A stretch of 30,504 nt of DNA from Opitutus sp. GAS368 (GTDB taxonomy: Bacteria > Verrucomicrobiota > Verrucomicrobiia > Opitutales > Opitutaceae). The stretch covers positions 1 through 30,504 of the forward strand of contig CAMAVZ010000023.1 of NCBI GenBank assembly GCA_945861645.1. The letters run 5' to 3'. A model generated the notes under the pieces. The model was not told where the DNA came from. It ran no database searches and saw nothing but the letters and a program-made list of their open reading frames with translations. The translations under genes were made by a program, and so were the position numbers. Shown here in pieces: positions 15,752-25,900 of the stretch. Every line of letters begins with the position of its first letter. Position 1 is the first letter of the stretch.

Positions 15752-18434
15752 CTCCCAGCCGCTCAATGCGGACCGCGGTGATTTTATATTCAGGGGTCTT
15801 GGTGTAGCGGTCGCGGTGGGCCGTCGTGATATGATTCAGGAGCACCCGTGTGGAGTGGAACGTGGTGTAAACTTCGCCTGGCTTCACGTGCGTGCTGAGT
15901 TGGACCGGCACTTCCGCGGAGCCTTGCGTACTGACCAAGCGGATCGTTTCGCCGTCGCTCAAACCGAGGCGGGCTCCATCGATGGGTGAAAGTTGCAGAT
16001 AATCCGTCGGGTGCAGGCGATCGTTGGGCGTGCGGGCGGTTTGCGTGGCCGCATTGTATTGGTACAAATTGCGTCCGGTGGTGAGCAGGAAGGGATAGTC
16101 GGGGGTCGTGAGAACCGGCGGCGCCACATACTCGATGCGCCGCAGGGCTGTGGTGTGCCCGTGGGTGAAATGCTCCGCATGGAGAATAGCTAAGCCCGGG
16201 TCCGTTTCATCGAGACACGGCCATTGCAACCCCCCGAGCGCATCCATGCGCGCATAGCTAATCCCCGCGCCGTCCGGCCAGAGGGAGCGCACTTCGTCCC
16301 AAATTTCCTCGGCGGAGCGATAGCCAAATTGCTCGCCGCGCCCCATGGTGTGCGCGATGGCGCAGATAATTTCCCAATCCGAGCGGGCCTCGCCTTGCGG
16401 CAACGCTGCGCGCCGCACGCGCTGCAGCCGGCGCTCACCATTCATAAAAGTCCCGTCTTTTTCAAACGACGACGCCGCGGGCAAAAATACATCGGCAAAT
16501 TCCTTCGCCGTTTCGTTCATGAAAAGATCCTGCACGATCACGAGATCCAACTGCTCGAGCGCGTGGCGCGTCGCATGCATATTGGGATTCGTCATCAAGA
16601 TATCGTAGCCGATCGACCAGAGCACCTTTAACTTTCCGGCCGTCGCCGCGTCCATCATGTCGATCATGTTGAGCCCGGGGTGCGTCGGGATCGGTTGATG
16701 CCAGGCTGTTTCAAATTTCTGCCGCGCTTCTTCGATCGGCACGTAACCGGCCAGCAACTTAGGCTCGCAACCCATGTGGGGCGCGCCTTGGACATTGTTC
16801 TGCCCGCGCAGGGGGTTAATCCCCGTGCCTGGTTTGCCAATATTGCCGGTGAGCAGCGCGAGATTCACCAGCGCCATGATGCCTTCGGTGCCTTGGATGT
16901 GCTCGGTCAGGCCGAGGCCGTGCACACTCAACGATGGCTTCGCGGTCGCGTACAAACGGGCCGCCGCGCGAATCTTTTCCGCCGGCACGCCGCAAATTTC
17001 TGCCACTTTCTCCGGCATAAAGTCGCGGATGAAATCAACGTACTCCGAGTATTCGGTCAGCCGCGTCCGGATGAATTCCTCATCAGCCAAGCCTTCGTCG
17101 ATGATTGCCGCCCCAATCGCATTAAACAGCACGACATTCGTGCCGGCGTGCAGCTGCAGATGGAGCGTGGCGAATTCGCAGAGCTCGATCTCGCGGGGAT
17201 CCACGATGATTAGGTGAGCGCCGTGACGGGCCGCTTGCTTGATGCGTGCACCAGTGACGGGATGACCGTCCGTGGGATTAGCGCCGCACACGAGAATCGT
17301 CTTCGCGAGTGCGATCTCGTCCAAGGAGTTCGTCGCCGCGCCCGTGCCGAGCGTCATCTTCATCGCCGCCGCCGTGGGCGAGTGGCAAACGCGCGCACAG
17401 CAATCAATATTGTTGGTGCCCAACACCAAGCGGGCGAATTTCTGCGCGACGTAATTCTCCTCATTCGTCCCGCGCGCGGAACTGAGCAGGCCAATACTAT
17501 CGGCCCCATGCGCCGCCGCGGTCGCGTGCAACCGCGTCGCGATAAATTCATTCACCTCCGCCCAACTCACGCGCTGCCACTGGCCGTCGCGCCGAATCAT
17601 GGGGGAAGTCACGCGATCTTGGGCGTAGACGTAGTCGAAAGCATAGCGGCCCTTGACGCAGGCGTGGCCGTGATTGCTCGGGCCCTCGAGGGAGGGCCGG
17701 ATCGTGGTGATCTTGCCGTCGCGCGTGCCGACGTTCATCTCACAGCCCGTGCCGCAGTACGAACAGATCGACTTCGTCCACTGCGTCGGCGTGCCGCGCA
17801 TGAGGACGGTGATATCTTCCAAGGCGCCGGAGGGACAGGTATCCACGCAAGCGCCGCAACTCACGCAACCGCCATCGAGCAGGGTCTCGCCGCGCACGGG
17901 CAAGATGCGCGTGGTATCACCGCGATTCCACGCCTTCCAAACAAATTGCCCCTGCACTTCCTCACAAATGCGGACGCAGCGGTAACAGGTCACGCACTGC
18001 GACATGTCGACGTTGATGTACGGATGCGACGCATCCTGCATGAACGGCACCGCGGGAGCGGGAGAATTCCGCGAGCCCCCAGCGGTGACGCCGTAGGTGC
18101 GGAGATAACGGTGAAATTGTTTTTCCGGATAAGCCGCTACGGCTTCCGCCGGATAATCCTTGGCCAGCAGCCCCAAGAGTGTGCGACGCACGCCCTCCAC
18201 GGCGGGCGAATGCGTCTGGATCTCCATGCCCTCGCGCAGCGGGGTGTTACAAGCGGTGGCCAAGCCGGGCATCCCCGTCACTTCCACGGCGCAGAGTCGG
18301 CACGAGCCGTAGGGTTCGAGGCGATCGTCGTGACACAGCGTCGGCACTTCGCCACCGATCTGGCGCAAGGCCTCATTGATCGTAAGCCCCTCGGCGAACT
18401 GATGCGACTGCCCGTTGATGGTTACTTGAAGCAT
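15741..18434 (-). CDS. fdhF: Formate dehydrogenase alpha subunit (Mo/W-bisPGD, FdhF/FdsA type, Cys-containing)
   Basis: N-terminal 2Fe-2S (VPTLC...GSCRLC...ACNT) and 2x4Fe-4S (CVTCYRCVRIC, CVSCGACVDTCP). Also CSYCGTGC, active-site CARVCHSP, PLRGQNNVQG and TPEYK. Confidence 0.93.
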   Translation of the reverse strand: MLQVTINGQSHQFAEGLTINEALRQIGGEVPTLCHDDRLEPYGSCRLCAVEVTGMPGLATACNTPLREGMEIQTHSPAVEGVRRTLLGLLAKDYPAEAVAAYPEKQFHRYLRTYGVTAGGSRNSPAPAVPFMQDASHPYINVDMSQCVTCYRCVRICEEVQGQFVWKAWNRGDTTRILPVRGETLLDGGCVSCGACVDTCPSGALEDITVLMRGTPTQWTKSICSYCGTGCEMNVGTRDGKITTIRPSLEGPSNHGHACVKGRYAFDYVYAQDRVTSPMIRRDGQWQRVSWAEVNEFIATRLHATAAAHGADSIGLLSSARGTNEENYVAQKFARLVLGTNNIDCCARVCHSPTAAAMKMTLGTGAATNSLDEIALAKTILVCGANPTDGHPVTGARIKQAARHGAHLIIVDPREIELCEFATLHLQLHAGTNVVLFNAIGAAIIDEGLADEEFIRTRLTEYSEYVDFIRDFMPEKVAEICGVPAEKIRAAARLYATAKPSLSVHGLGLTEHIQGTEGIMALVNLALLTGNIGKPGTGINPLRGQNNVQGAPHMGCEPKLLAGYVPIEEARQKFETAWHQPIPTHPGLNMIDMMDAATAGKLKVLWSIGYDILMTNPNMHATRHALEQLDLVIVQDLFMNETAKEFADVFLPAASSFEKDGTFMNGERRLQRVRRAALPQGEARSDWEIICAIAHTMGRGEQFGYRSAEEIWDEVRSLWPDGAGISYARMDALGGLQWPCLDETDPGLAILHAEHFTHGHTTALRRIEYVAPPVLTTPDYPFLLTTGRNLYQYNAATQTARTPNDRLHPTDYLQLSPIDGARLGLSDGETIRLVSTQGSAEVPVQLSTHVKPGEVYTTFHSTRVLLNHITTAHRDRYTKTPEYKITAVRIERLGVKV

Positions 18435-19930
18435 GGCTCAATTTCTGTCGGGTAATAACGTAGGATCGATTCCGCAAAACGCGCCAGACCGGTGCCGTGA
18501 CCGCAGAGGCTGGTGAGTTTGAGCGCGGTGACGAGGTCGCGACATTCTTGGAGATCCGCGCGGGACGCCGTGCCCGCAATTGCGGCGGTGAAAATAGCTT
18601 CGACGCGTCCGCTGCCGCTGCGGCACGGCGTGCATTTGCCACACGACTCATAGGCCCCGAAGGAGAAAACATGTTCCACCAAGGCGGGAATCGAAGTGTG
18701 TTCATCAAACGCCACCACGCCCCCGTGACCGACGCCGGCGCCGATGGCCGCTAGTTCCTCAAACCCCAGCGGGGTATCGAGCAAGTGCGGCGGGATCAGA
18801 CCGATGATGGGACCGCCGATAATAATGCCCTTGAGCTTACCGCCCCCGCGCAAGCCGCCGCCGATGACCTCGACGATGTGGCGGACGGTGACACCGAATT
18901 CGACTTCATAGAGACCCGGACAATTAAAAAGTGAATTTAGCGAGAGTGCCTTCGTGCCCCGGCTCTTGGAAAACCCCAAGGCCGCGTAGGCGGCGCCGCC
19001 GTGCGTCACGATCCACGGCACGCTGACGAGCGTCTCGACATTATTGAGCAACGTCGGTCGGCCGAAAAGGCCGCGTTCGGTCGGATAAGGCGGGCGCGCC
19101 ATGACCTCGGGACGCTGACCCTCGATGGAACGCAGGAGGGAAGTTTCCTCGCCGCAGACATAGCTCCCGTGGCCGACGTAGACCTCGAGGTTAAAGGTAA
19201 AATCTTTTCCGCCGATGCGCGCACCGAGCCAGCCCGCCGCGTGAGCCTCGAGGAGTGCGGCCTGCAAGACGCTGACGGCCTGCGGATATTCGATGCGCAC
19301 ATAAATATAACCCTGCGCCGCGCCGACCGCATAAGCGGCGAGGATCATGCCCTCGATGAGCGCGTGCGGATCATCCTCCATGATGTAGCGATCGATGTAG
19401 GCACCGGCATCGCCCTCATCGGCGTTGGCCACCACGTATTTGGTACCAGCCGGCTGGGCGGCGACGGCGCGCCATTTTCGACCGGTCGGAAAACCCGCAC
19501 CACCCCGCCCGCGCAGTCCAGAAGTTTCGACGGCGGCCAGGAGTTGTTCGGGGGATTGCGTTAACGCCTGAGCCAAGGCCGCGTAGCCGCCCATTTTTTG
19601 AGCAGCCACCAAGGAGCGCGCGCCCCCGGCCGCGATCCGGCCGAGGACGATCCCATGCGGGGAGAAAACTTTAACGGGCGGACGCGGACGGGTCTGGCCC
19701 TTGGCGGGAGCGGCGAAGCATTCGCCCAGGCAGTAGACGCGCGGATTTTGCGCGGCGGCCTCGACCCAGCGCGCGGGATTTAAATGTTTCGCGGCAAAGC
19801 AAGCGGTACCCTGACAAGCTTGGCCCGTGTGTTCGCCGTGCGGCAAATGGTAGAAAGACTCCACATCAGGCGTGAGCGGAGCGGGCGAGCAACGCCGAGC
19901 AGCGTGAGGATGAGCTGGGGTAATTTGCAC
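18422..19930 (-). CDS. NuoF/FdsB-like NAD(H)/FMN-binding subunit with a fused short NuoE/FdsG-like 2Fe-2S segment
   Basis: SGLRGRGGAGFPTG, NADEGD, YVCGEETSL and ESCGKCTPCR...SLCG. N-terminal FYH...CQGTAC...CLGEC. Overlaps the alpha gene start. The GTG start is uncertain. Confidence 0.88.
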   Translation of the reverse strand: MQITPAHPHAARRCSPAPLTPDVESFYHLPHGEHTGQACQGTACFAAKHLNPARWVEAAAQNPRVYCLGECFAAPAKGQTRPRPPVKVFSPHGIVLGRIAAGGARSLVAAQKMGGYAALAQALTQSPEQLLAAVETSGLRGRGGAGFPTGRKWRAVAAQPAGTKYVVANADEGDAGAYIDRYIMEDDPHALIEGMILAAYAVGAAQGYIYVRIEYPQAVSVLQAALLEAHAAGWLGARIGGKDFTFNLEVYVGHGSYVCGEETSLLRSIEGQRPEVMARPPYPTERGLFGRPTLLNNVETLVSVPWIVTHGGAAYAALGFSKSRGTKALSLNSLFNCPGLYEVEFGVTVRHIVEVIGGGLRGGGKLKGIIIGGPIIGLIPPHLLDTPLGFEELAAIGAGVGHGGVVAFDEHTSIPALVEHVFSFGAYESCGKCTPCRSGSGRVEAIFTAAIAGTASRADLQECRDLVTALKLTSLCGHGTGLARFAESILRYYPTEIEPCFK

Positions 19931-20056
19931 AAGACGAAATAATGAGCCGAACGAACGCGAAGGTAGCTGAGCGCCAACCAGTGGTTCAATCCCAGACTAC
20001 GCTTATACCCCGCAAAAAAGGCGAAATGATTAATCACGCACCGGCGCAGGCGCGGG

Positions 20057-20470
20057 CGCGGCGCCAGTTTAAGTTTTAAGTTTAAGATTAAGTTCGGATC
20101 GAGCCGCCGATTTATAACAATCCACAAAAAGCACAGAAAGCGCAAAATCGATCCAAGGCAGGGAAGGAAAAGATGAAACTTGGGAAAGTAGAAAATTGGG
20201 AAACGCATATCCGGATCGACCAAGGCATTTTTAACCGCGAAGGGCGCGAAGTGACGCGAAGAGGGGCCGGAAAAGATGAAATTTGGAAAGTGGAAAATTG
20301 GGAAACGAAGATCCGGATCGGCCCTCTCACCTCTGACCTCACACCTCTGACCTCCTGCCTCGGTTTCGCCTCTGTTTCGCCCAGTGGCGAGAACTGAGGA
20401 CGAACACCGGGTTGATAGTAATCAACAACGGTGCCACCCCAGTGAGCGCGGCGAATGGCTTAAACTTAAG
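20057..20470 (-). repeat. Mosaic modular repeat array 3, inverted relative to the others (T-G-F-C-B-C-E-inverted T on minus strand)
   Basis: The reverse complement shows G 20364-20438, F about 20323-20355, C 20269-20322 and 20166-20220, B 20227-20260, E about 20121-20147, and T-type ends. Confidence 0.9.
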
Positions 20471-20473
20471 CCT

Positions 20474-20496
20474 GCGCCGCGCCGTCGGCGCGGCGC
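20474..20496. other. GC-rich hairpin immediately after the SDR stop
   Basis: gcgccgcgcc-gtc-ggcgcggcgc, a perfect 10-bp stem between the SDR stop and array 3. Confidence 0.6.
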
Positions 20497-21351
20497 TTAG
20501 GCAGTTTTTAGAAAATCGGTGGCAAGGCCCGTGGAATTTCCTGATTCAAGTTCTCGGGTCGCGGCGGCGAGCTTTCGGCGGGCTTTGTCGAGGGCGTATT
20601 TGCCGAGCACGAGCCGGAGTGGCGGATTCTCTGCGGCCACTGCGTTGATGATGGCGTCCGCGGCCCTCGCCGGATCGCCGGGTTGGCGTCCATTCAGTGT
20701 TTCAATCAAACGCCGAAACTTGCCGCTCGATAAATCGTAGTCGGAAATACTGCCCGGGGCGCGCTCGAGTGACCGAGCGACGAAGTTCGTGCGGAAGGGG
20801 CCGGGTTGCACGATCGTCACTTTCAAACCTAACGGACGGACTTCCGCCGCGAGTGATTCGGACAGGCCCTCCAGCGCCCATTTGGTCGCACCGTAAACCG
20901 AAAAGCCGGGATAATTTTCGATGGCGGCCGCCGCACTGATATTGACGAAATGCCCGCGCCGCTGCGCCCGCATGATGGGCAGCGCGGCCCGGATTACCCG
21001 TAAGGCCCCGAAAAAATTTGTCTCAAAGTTCCGGGCGATTTGCCCTTCGTCATATTCCTCTAGTGCCCCGATCAGGCCATAGCCCGCGTTGTTCACCACG
21101 ACATCTAACCGGCCGAATATCGCCGCGGCCTGAGCGACCACGGGCGCCGCTTGAGCGGCGTCAGCGACGTCGAGCGCCAGCGCGCGGGATCGGCTCGGAT
21201 CAGCGTCGACCAGATCGGTCAGCGTGGCCGGATCGCGGGCCGTGGCGATGAGCCGATGGCCATGAGCCAGCACGCGCTCAGCGAGCGCGCGTCCGAGACC
21301 GCTGGAGCAACCCGTAATTAGCCAAACCGGAGTGTCATTAATTTCATTCAT
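20497..21351 (-). CDS. Short-chain dehydrogenase/reductase
   Basis: WLITGCSSGLG, VNNAGYG and YGATK (YxxxK). ATG 21351 overlaps the DUF2071 stop (ATGA). Confidence 0.93.
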   Translation of the reverse strand: MNEINDTPVWLITGCSSGLGRALAERVLAHGHRLIATARDPATLTDLVDADPSRSRALALDVADAAQAAPVVAQAAAIFGRLDVVVNNAGYGLIGALEEYDEGQIARNFETNFFGALRVIRAALPIMRAQRRGHFVNISAAAAIENYPGFSVYGATKWALEGLSESLAAEVRPLGLKVTIVQPGPFRTNFVARSLERAPGSISDYDLSSGKFRRLIETLNGRQPGDPARAADAIINAVAAENPPLRLVLGKYALDKARRKLAAATRELESGNSTGLATDFLKTA

Positions 21352-22145
21352 AAAGCAGTGGAAACGAGGGGTGTGAGGGGAAAAATGGCAACCTCGACTG
21401 GCCAAGCGGCCAGCACGGAGGCGGGTTCATCGACCAAGTTAAAACCAGCCAGCCGAGCGGGCTCGACCGACCATTTCGCCCCCCGCGGCGCATAGACGCG
21501 ATAAGGATCATGGTGCACGCGCCCCTGATATAGCCGGCCCGCTGGGTCAGCCGCGAAAAGCAGATAGCGCTCCAACAAGAAAAACTCGAGCGAGCCTGGT
21601 ATCGCCGGCGCCGCTTCGGACCCCGGAGTCCACGCGAAATTACCCGTTTGGGCGCCCGCCACCTGGCGCTGGCACTCAAACTGAATCCAGCCGTCGTGAG
21701 ATGATCTCGCCATGCGGGCCGACTGATACGGCAGATGGAAAAAGCGCCGCGCGATCGCCACCGCGAGAGGCTGATTACAATCGAGTGAGTAGAACCACAC
21801 GCCCGGCTGCCCCTGCTCATCATAGACGTAAGTGCGCACGTTCAGCTCGTGAAACCAGGACAACCAAGGTAGCGGAGGCAGCCACGCCGGACGAACGCGC
21901 TCCATCGAAAATGGCACGATGCCGATATACGCCGCCCCAGCAAAAGTGTCGACGTAGAGCCCCGGGGGCAGCGTCGCTTGGATCGACTCCGGATCGACGG
22001 TCCAGTGCGCGAAAAGCAAGTGATTCCAACGCTGTCGACCGATCACCGCACCAGCCGGCCGCCGGCGCAGGTTGCCGCGCTGCTCCAGAGTCGGCGGAGC
22101 AGGAGCGAATGCCGGCAAGATCGATGGGGAATAATCCAGATTCAT
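21348..22145 (-). CDS. DUF2071 / YqjF family protein
   Basis: QRWNHLLFAHW, LPPGLYVDTF, FHELNVRTYV, PGVWFYSLD and FLLERY. Confidence 0.9.
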   Translation of the reverse strand: MNLDYSPSILPAFAPAPPTLEQRGNLRRRPAGAVIGRQRWNHLLFAHWTVDPESIQATLPPGLYVDTFAGAAYIGIVPFSMERVRPAWLPPLPWLSWFHELNVRTYVYDEQGQPGVWFYSLDCNQPLAVAIARRFFHLPYQSARMARSSHDGWIQFECQRQVAGAQTGNFAWTPGSEAAPAIPGSLEFFLLERYLLFAADPAGRLYQGRVHHDPYRVYAPRGAKWSVEPARLAGFNLVDEPASVLAAWPVEVAIFPLTPLVSTAL

Positions 22146-22289
22146 GCCGCAAGATTATTGCTTACCCTTTTACGCTTTTCCAAGTTGCCGCATTCGCCCG
22201 CGTTGCCAGCGAGGTTTTCAGGATCAGCACGCTGGGGAGATTTGTTCGTGACCATTTTAAACGGGCGAAGTGCTGCGGTGCGAAGGGAG

Positions 22290-22724
22290 CTAGGGAGTCG
22301 GGCCAAGCGCTGCACAGGTGGCAGCGGAGATGGGCTCGGCCTGCATGCGACCGCTCGCATCCTGCCGAACGTGCACAGTGCTCATGCGACCCAGCGCCAC
22401 CTGAGTCCATTTACCAGCCCGATCTTTGTGGAAGCTGAATTCGTAGGCGAGGCTGGTTGCCCCCAGTTCGATCAGAGTGGCCGTGATGCGAACCAGATCG
22501 CCGCAGCGGAGAGGCCGTTGGAAACTGCAGGAGGCTTCACGGCGGGGCCAGCCGAACCGGATGCCGGCGGGATTGGTGCTCATCATCGGTAGGCCGAGGG
22601 AGCGAAACCACTCGTGCTCGCAGACCTCCATCCAACGATAGAAATTCGAGAAATGCATGATGCCGGCGGCATCGGTTTCATGAAATTCAACCCGACGAGT
22701 AAGCGCGAAGGTTTGGCTGGGCAT
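22290..22724 (-). CDS. Acyl-CoA thioesterase (4HBT/YbgC-like hotdog fold)
   Basis: RRVEFHETDAAGIMHFSNFYRWME and FQRPLRCGD. Start at MPSQ (22724). Confidence 0.88.
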   Translation of the reverse strand: MPSQTFALTRRVEFHETDAAGIMHFSNFYRWMEVCEHEWFRSLGLPMMSTNPAGIRFGWPRREASCSFQRPLRCGDLVRITATLIELGATSLAYEFSFHKDRAGKWTQVALGRMSTVHVRQDASGRMQAEPISAATCAALGPTP

Positions 22725-22840
22725 AGGACAGCATGAAGCAAAGCGAGAGCTTGTCAAAGTGCGCGCCGGTCGCGCAGCAGATCGATGCCAGTTTTCTCCT
22801 ACAATCGCGGCAAACCGGAGTTCGAACGCTGATCCCTGGT

Positions 22841-24601
22841 TCAGCGCGGTGTCGCGGCCCAGTCGTTGATTACGGTCTCGAGGACGGCGAGCGGCATGTT
22901 GCCGCTCTGCAGGACGAGGTTGTGAAATTGTTTGATGGTAAACGCGTCACCGAGAGTGGCGCGGGTTTGGGCGCGGAGCGCGAGGATTTTGAGCTGGCCG
23001 ATTTTATAGGCGCACGCTTGGCCGGGAAGTACCACGTAGCGCTCTACCTCGGAGGCCGGAATGCCGTAGTCAATCGCCTGCTGGCGCGTCCAGCGTTGGG
23101 TATGGAGGCCGGTATCAGTCACGAGGCGCTTGGCGCGAAACAGCTCGGCATCGAGCTGGCCCAGGTGGCCGACGGGGTCGCCTTCGTACCAATTATTCTC
23201 CACGGCAAGCTGTTCGGCGTAAAGCGCCCACCCCTCCGAGTAGGCGGAGCCGCCACCAAAGATTCCGTCCCGCCGGTAGCGCGGCAGGCTGTCGGTCTCG
23301 CGTTGCAGCGCGATCTGAAAGTGGTGCCCGGGGATGGCTTCGTGGTAGGTCAGGGTCCGCATGTTCACGATTTTGAAGACGGGGCCGGGCAGCGGGGCCC
23401 AGAAGGTACCAGGGCGCGAGCCGTCCTTGGCCGGCCCAGTGTAGCGGGCCGCGGCAGTTTTTTCGGTGAAGGGCGGCTCGCGTTTCACCTCGCATGGCGC
23501 TTTCGGGCGGACGTCGAACACCGCAGCGGAACGCAACTGCGCGTCGGCGAGAATTTCACGGTAGCGCTTGATCAAGGCATCGCGCGGGTCGGGCTCCGCG
23601 GCGGGCTGGAGGCTGGCGTTGAGCTGCTCCATCCGATCTTTAATGCTGCCAGTCTTGAAGCCGAGCGATTGCAGCATGCCTTCCATCGCAGCCTCAATCC
23701 GGGCGACTTCCTTGAGCCCGAGGGCATAAATCTCATCGGGCTTCAGGTCGGTGGTCGTGAATTGGCGCAGCGCGTACGCGTAAGCGCGGTCGCCGCCGGG
23801 CAGGCGCCATAAACCGGCGTCGCTGGTCGTCGCGGGTAGTTGCGCCAGGAGGAGGGCCTGCGCGCGCTGGAAGGCAGGGATGATCTGGTCACCCACGGTC
23901 TTCTTCGCGGCGGCAACAAAGGCGGCTCGCTCGGTCGCAGACACGTCCCGCAGTTTGGCCGCGCGCTCATCAAGCGAAACCACGAAGACGTTTTTTGCGG
24001 GGGCATCGGCGAGGAAGATGGTGAACTGCCCGAGGGCAGATTTTGTGATGAAGTCCGGCATCAGGAAACCGCGGGTAGCGGCATCCCGGGCCTGCGCGAT
24101 GCCCTCGTCCATTTGCGCGGCCACGAGGTCAAGGCGCGCGAGGTAGTTCTCGATGTCTCGCTTGTTGCGGATGGGATGAGTCTGGCTGAGGAAGTTGACG
24201 AGGCTCACCTGCAGGCCCCTAAACTGGCTGAAGACAAAATTAAAATCGGCGAACGGCTGGGAGTCGACGATGCCGGCGAGTGACCACTCGATGATGGCGG
24301 CGGAGATGCGCTGCTCCGCGCTGAGCTGGGCGCGGTCGAACTTCGCGAGCTGAGCGCGGGCGGCCTGGGCTTTTGCCACCCGCTCTGCGCGGTAGGCCGG
24401 AGTGATCGGCGTGAGCTGGCGGTCGAGCGCATCCTGCTCTGCGCCAGTGAAGAACTGGGTTATGGTGGCGCCGGTCGGGCTGGCGCGTATGGTCTCGGTG
24501 GTGAGGGCGTCGGCCCAGGTGTCGAAGGCAGGATTGGTAGCGAAAAGCGCTGACGCAGGGATCACGAGTAAGCCAAGCCAACGGGTGAATTTCATCGTCA
24601 T
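22841..24601 (-). CDS. DUF885 family protein (putative secreted metallopeptidase-like)
   Basis: Signal peptide, then HEAIPGHHFQ, YSEGWALYAE, RLVTDTGLH and PGQACAYKIG. Confidence 0.9.
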   Translation of the reverse strand: MTMKFTRWLGLLVIPASALFATNPAFDTWADALTTETIRASPTGATITQFFTGAEQDALDRQLTPITPAYRAERVAKAQAARAQLAKFDRAQLSAEQRISAAIIEWSLAGIVDSQPFADFNFVFSQFRGLQVSLVNFLSQTHPIRNKRDIENYLARLDLVAAQMDEGIAQARDAATRGFLMPDFITKSALGQFTIFLADAPAKNVFVVSLDERAAKLRDVSATERAAFVAAAKKTVGDQIIPAFQRAQALLLAQLPATTSDAGLWRLPGGDRAYAYALRQFTTTDLKPDEIYALGLKEVARIEAAMEGMLQSLGFKTGSIKDRMEQLNASLQPAAEPDPRDALIKRYREILADAQLRSAAVFDVRPKAPCEVKREPPFTEKTAAARYTGPAKDGSRPGTFWAPLPGPVFKIVNMRTLTYHEAIPGHHFQIALQRETDSLPRYRRDGIFGGGSAYSEGWALYAEQLAVENNWYEGDPVGHLGQLDAELFRAKRLVTDTGLHTQRWTRQQAIDYGIPASEVERYVVLPGQACAYKIGQLKILALRAQTRATLGDAFTIKQFHNLVLQSGNMPLAVLETVINDWAATPR

Positions 24602-24682
24602 AAAAAAAAGCAGGCGCGTCGGGAAGTCGAGCGGGCAATCGTCTTGCCGGGCCGAGGTCAAAAAGGAGGGCGCCGCCGCTGA

Positions 24683-25900
24683 CTACCAGTAGTTGCCGAT
24701 CGCCCCCAAGATCGCACTGATCGCTTCCGCGCGGTCGACCGGGCCATTCTTGCGCCAAATAATTTTGCCCTCCGGATCCAGGAGCACCGTGTGCGGGAGC
24801 GGCCCCGGCCAAGCCGGATCCAGCGCGGCCACCAAGGCATCCACCCCTCCGCCGTCATATAAATAGTGGTTCGTTGCTCGTCCCTCCTTGTGCACCGAAG
24901 CCTGCTTCCGCGGCGTTAAGCCCGCACCGTGCTGCTGTAAAAAAGCCTGAGCCTTGGCCGACTGCGCGGGCGCATCCATACTGATCGTGATAAAATCGAT
25001 CTCCCGCATATCAAATTTTCGAGCTAGCTCCATCAAGGTGGGAAACTCCTCCACACACGGGGCGCACCACGTCGCCCACACATTAATAAAACGATATTTC
25101 CTGGTGGCGTTCACCGTCCGCAACGCCGCCACGCCCGCCGCGTCGATCCGCGCTAATTTTACCGGGATTTCCGACCAGGATTTTTCCCAGCTCACATGCT
25201 TGGCGTGCTTCTCCCGCCACTTGGTCGAGCAGCCAAATGGCTTCGTGAGCGGGACCGCCACCGGCCGACCAGCGAGGAGGGACTCAATGGCATCGCGCGC
25301 ATAGGCCGCCTTGACCGTCGCGTCATCTAAGAAACGTGAATCATCGAAGCCGCCCGCGTACCGCAGCCGCCGCTCGCGATCAAAAATAAACACGTGGGGG
25401 GTGGCAAGGCACCCATAAGCTCGCGCCGCCACCTGCGCCTCGCCGTCATAAAGATACGGAAAATCCCAACCCAGGGATTTCGCATAAGGCGTCATCTCCG
25501 CAAACGAATCGCCGTACTCGCCGTAGCCGAGTTCGTCCACGCTCAGACCCTCCGGATGATTCGGATTGATCGCCACCAATCCAAAACTCCGCCCCCGCAG
25601 ATCTGCCCGGAGCTGGTGCAGTCGGCGCTCAATACTATGAGAGGTCGGGCAATGATTCGAGGTGAAGAGCACCATCAGCACGTCGGGCCCCGCAAAATCG
25701 CTGAGCCGATACTTGCGCCCATCGATGCCGGGCAACTCAAAATCCGGGGCCATCGCGCCCAGCTTTAGCGTCCGAAAGCCCGCCGGGTTACCGCTCTGGT
25801 CGAGCAACGCCACCGCGGGATTTTCGGCCGCCGAATGAACGGTCGCGGCCAGTGTGATCCAGCCAAACAGGGCGATAATAAAACGGAGGGAAACCTTCAT
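24683..25900 (-). CDS. Secreted two-domain redoxin (AhpC/TSA-like plus TlpA-like thioredoxin)
   Basis: Signal peptide. First domain APDFELPGIDG...SNHCP...GCSTKW. Second domain INVWATWCAPC. Confidence 0.85.
   Translation of the reverse strand: MKVSLRFIIALFGWITLAATVHSAAENPAVALLDQSGNPAGFRTLKLGAMAPDFELPGIDGRKYRLSDFAGPDVLMVLFTSNHCPTSHSIERRLHQLRADLRGRSFGLVAINPNHPEGLSVDELGYGEYGDSFAEMTPYAKSLGWDFPYLYDGEAQVAARAYGCLATPHVFIFDRERRLRYAGGFDDSRFLDDATVKAAYARDAIESLLAGRPVAVPLTKPFGCSTKWREKHAKHVSWEKSWSEIPVKLARIDAAGVAALRTVNATRKYRFINVWATWCAPCVEEFPTLMELARKFDMREIDFITISMDAPAQSAKAQAFLQQHGAGLTPRKQASVHKEGRATNHYLYDGGGVDALVAALDPAWPGPLPHTVLLDPEGKIIWRKNGPVDRAEAISAILGAIGNYW

Noticed and set aside
17380-17403. Selenocysteine in formate dehydrogenase
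   Set aside because: The active-site motif reads CARVCHSP with Cys and the ORF has no in-frame TGA.
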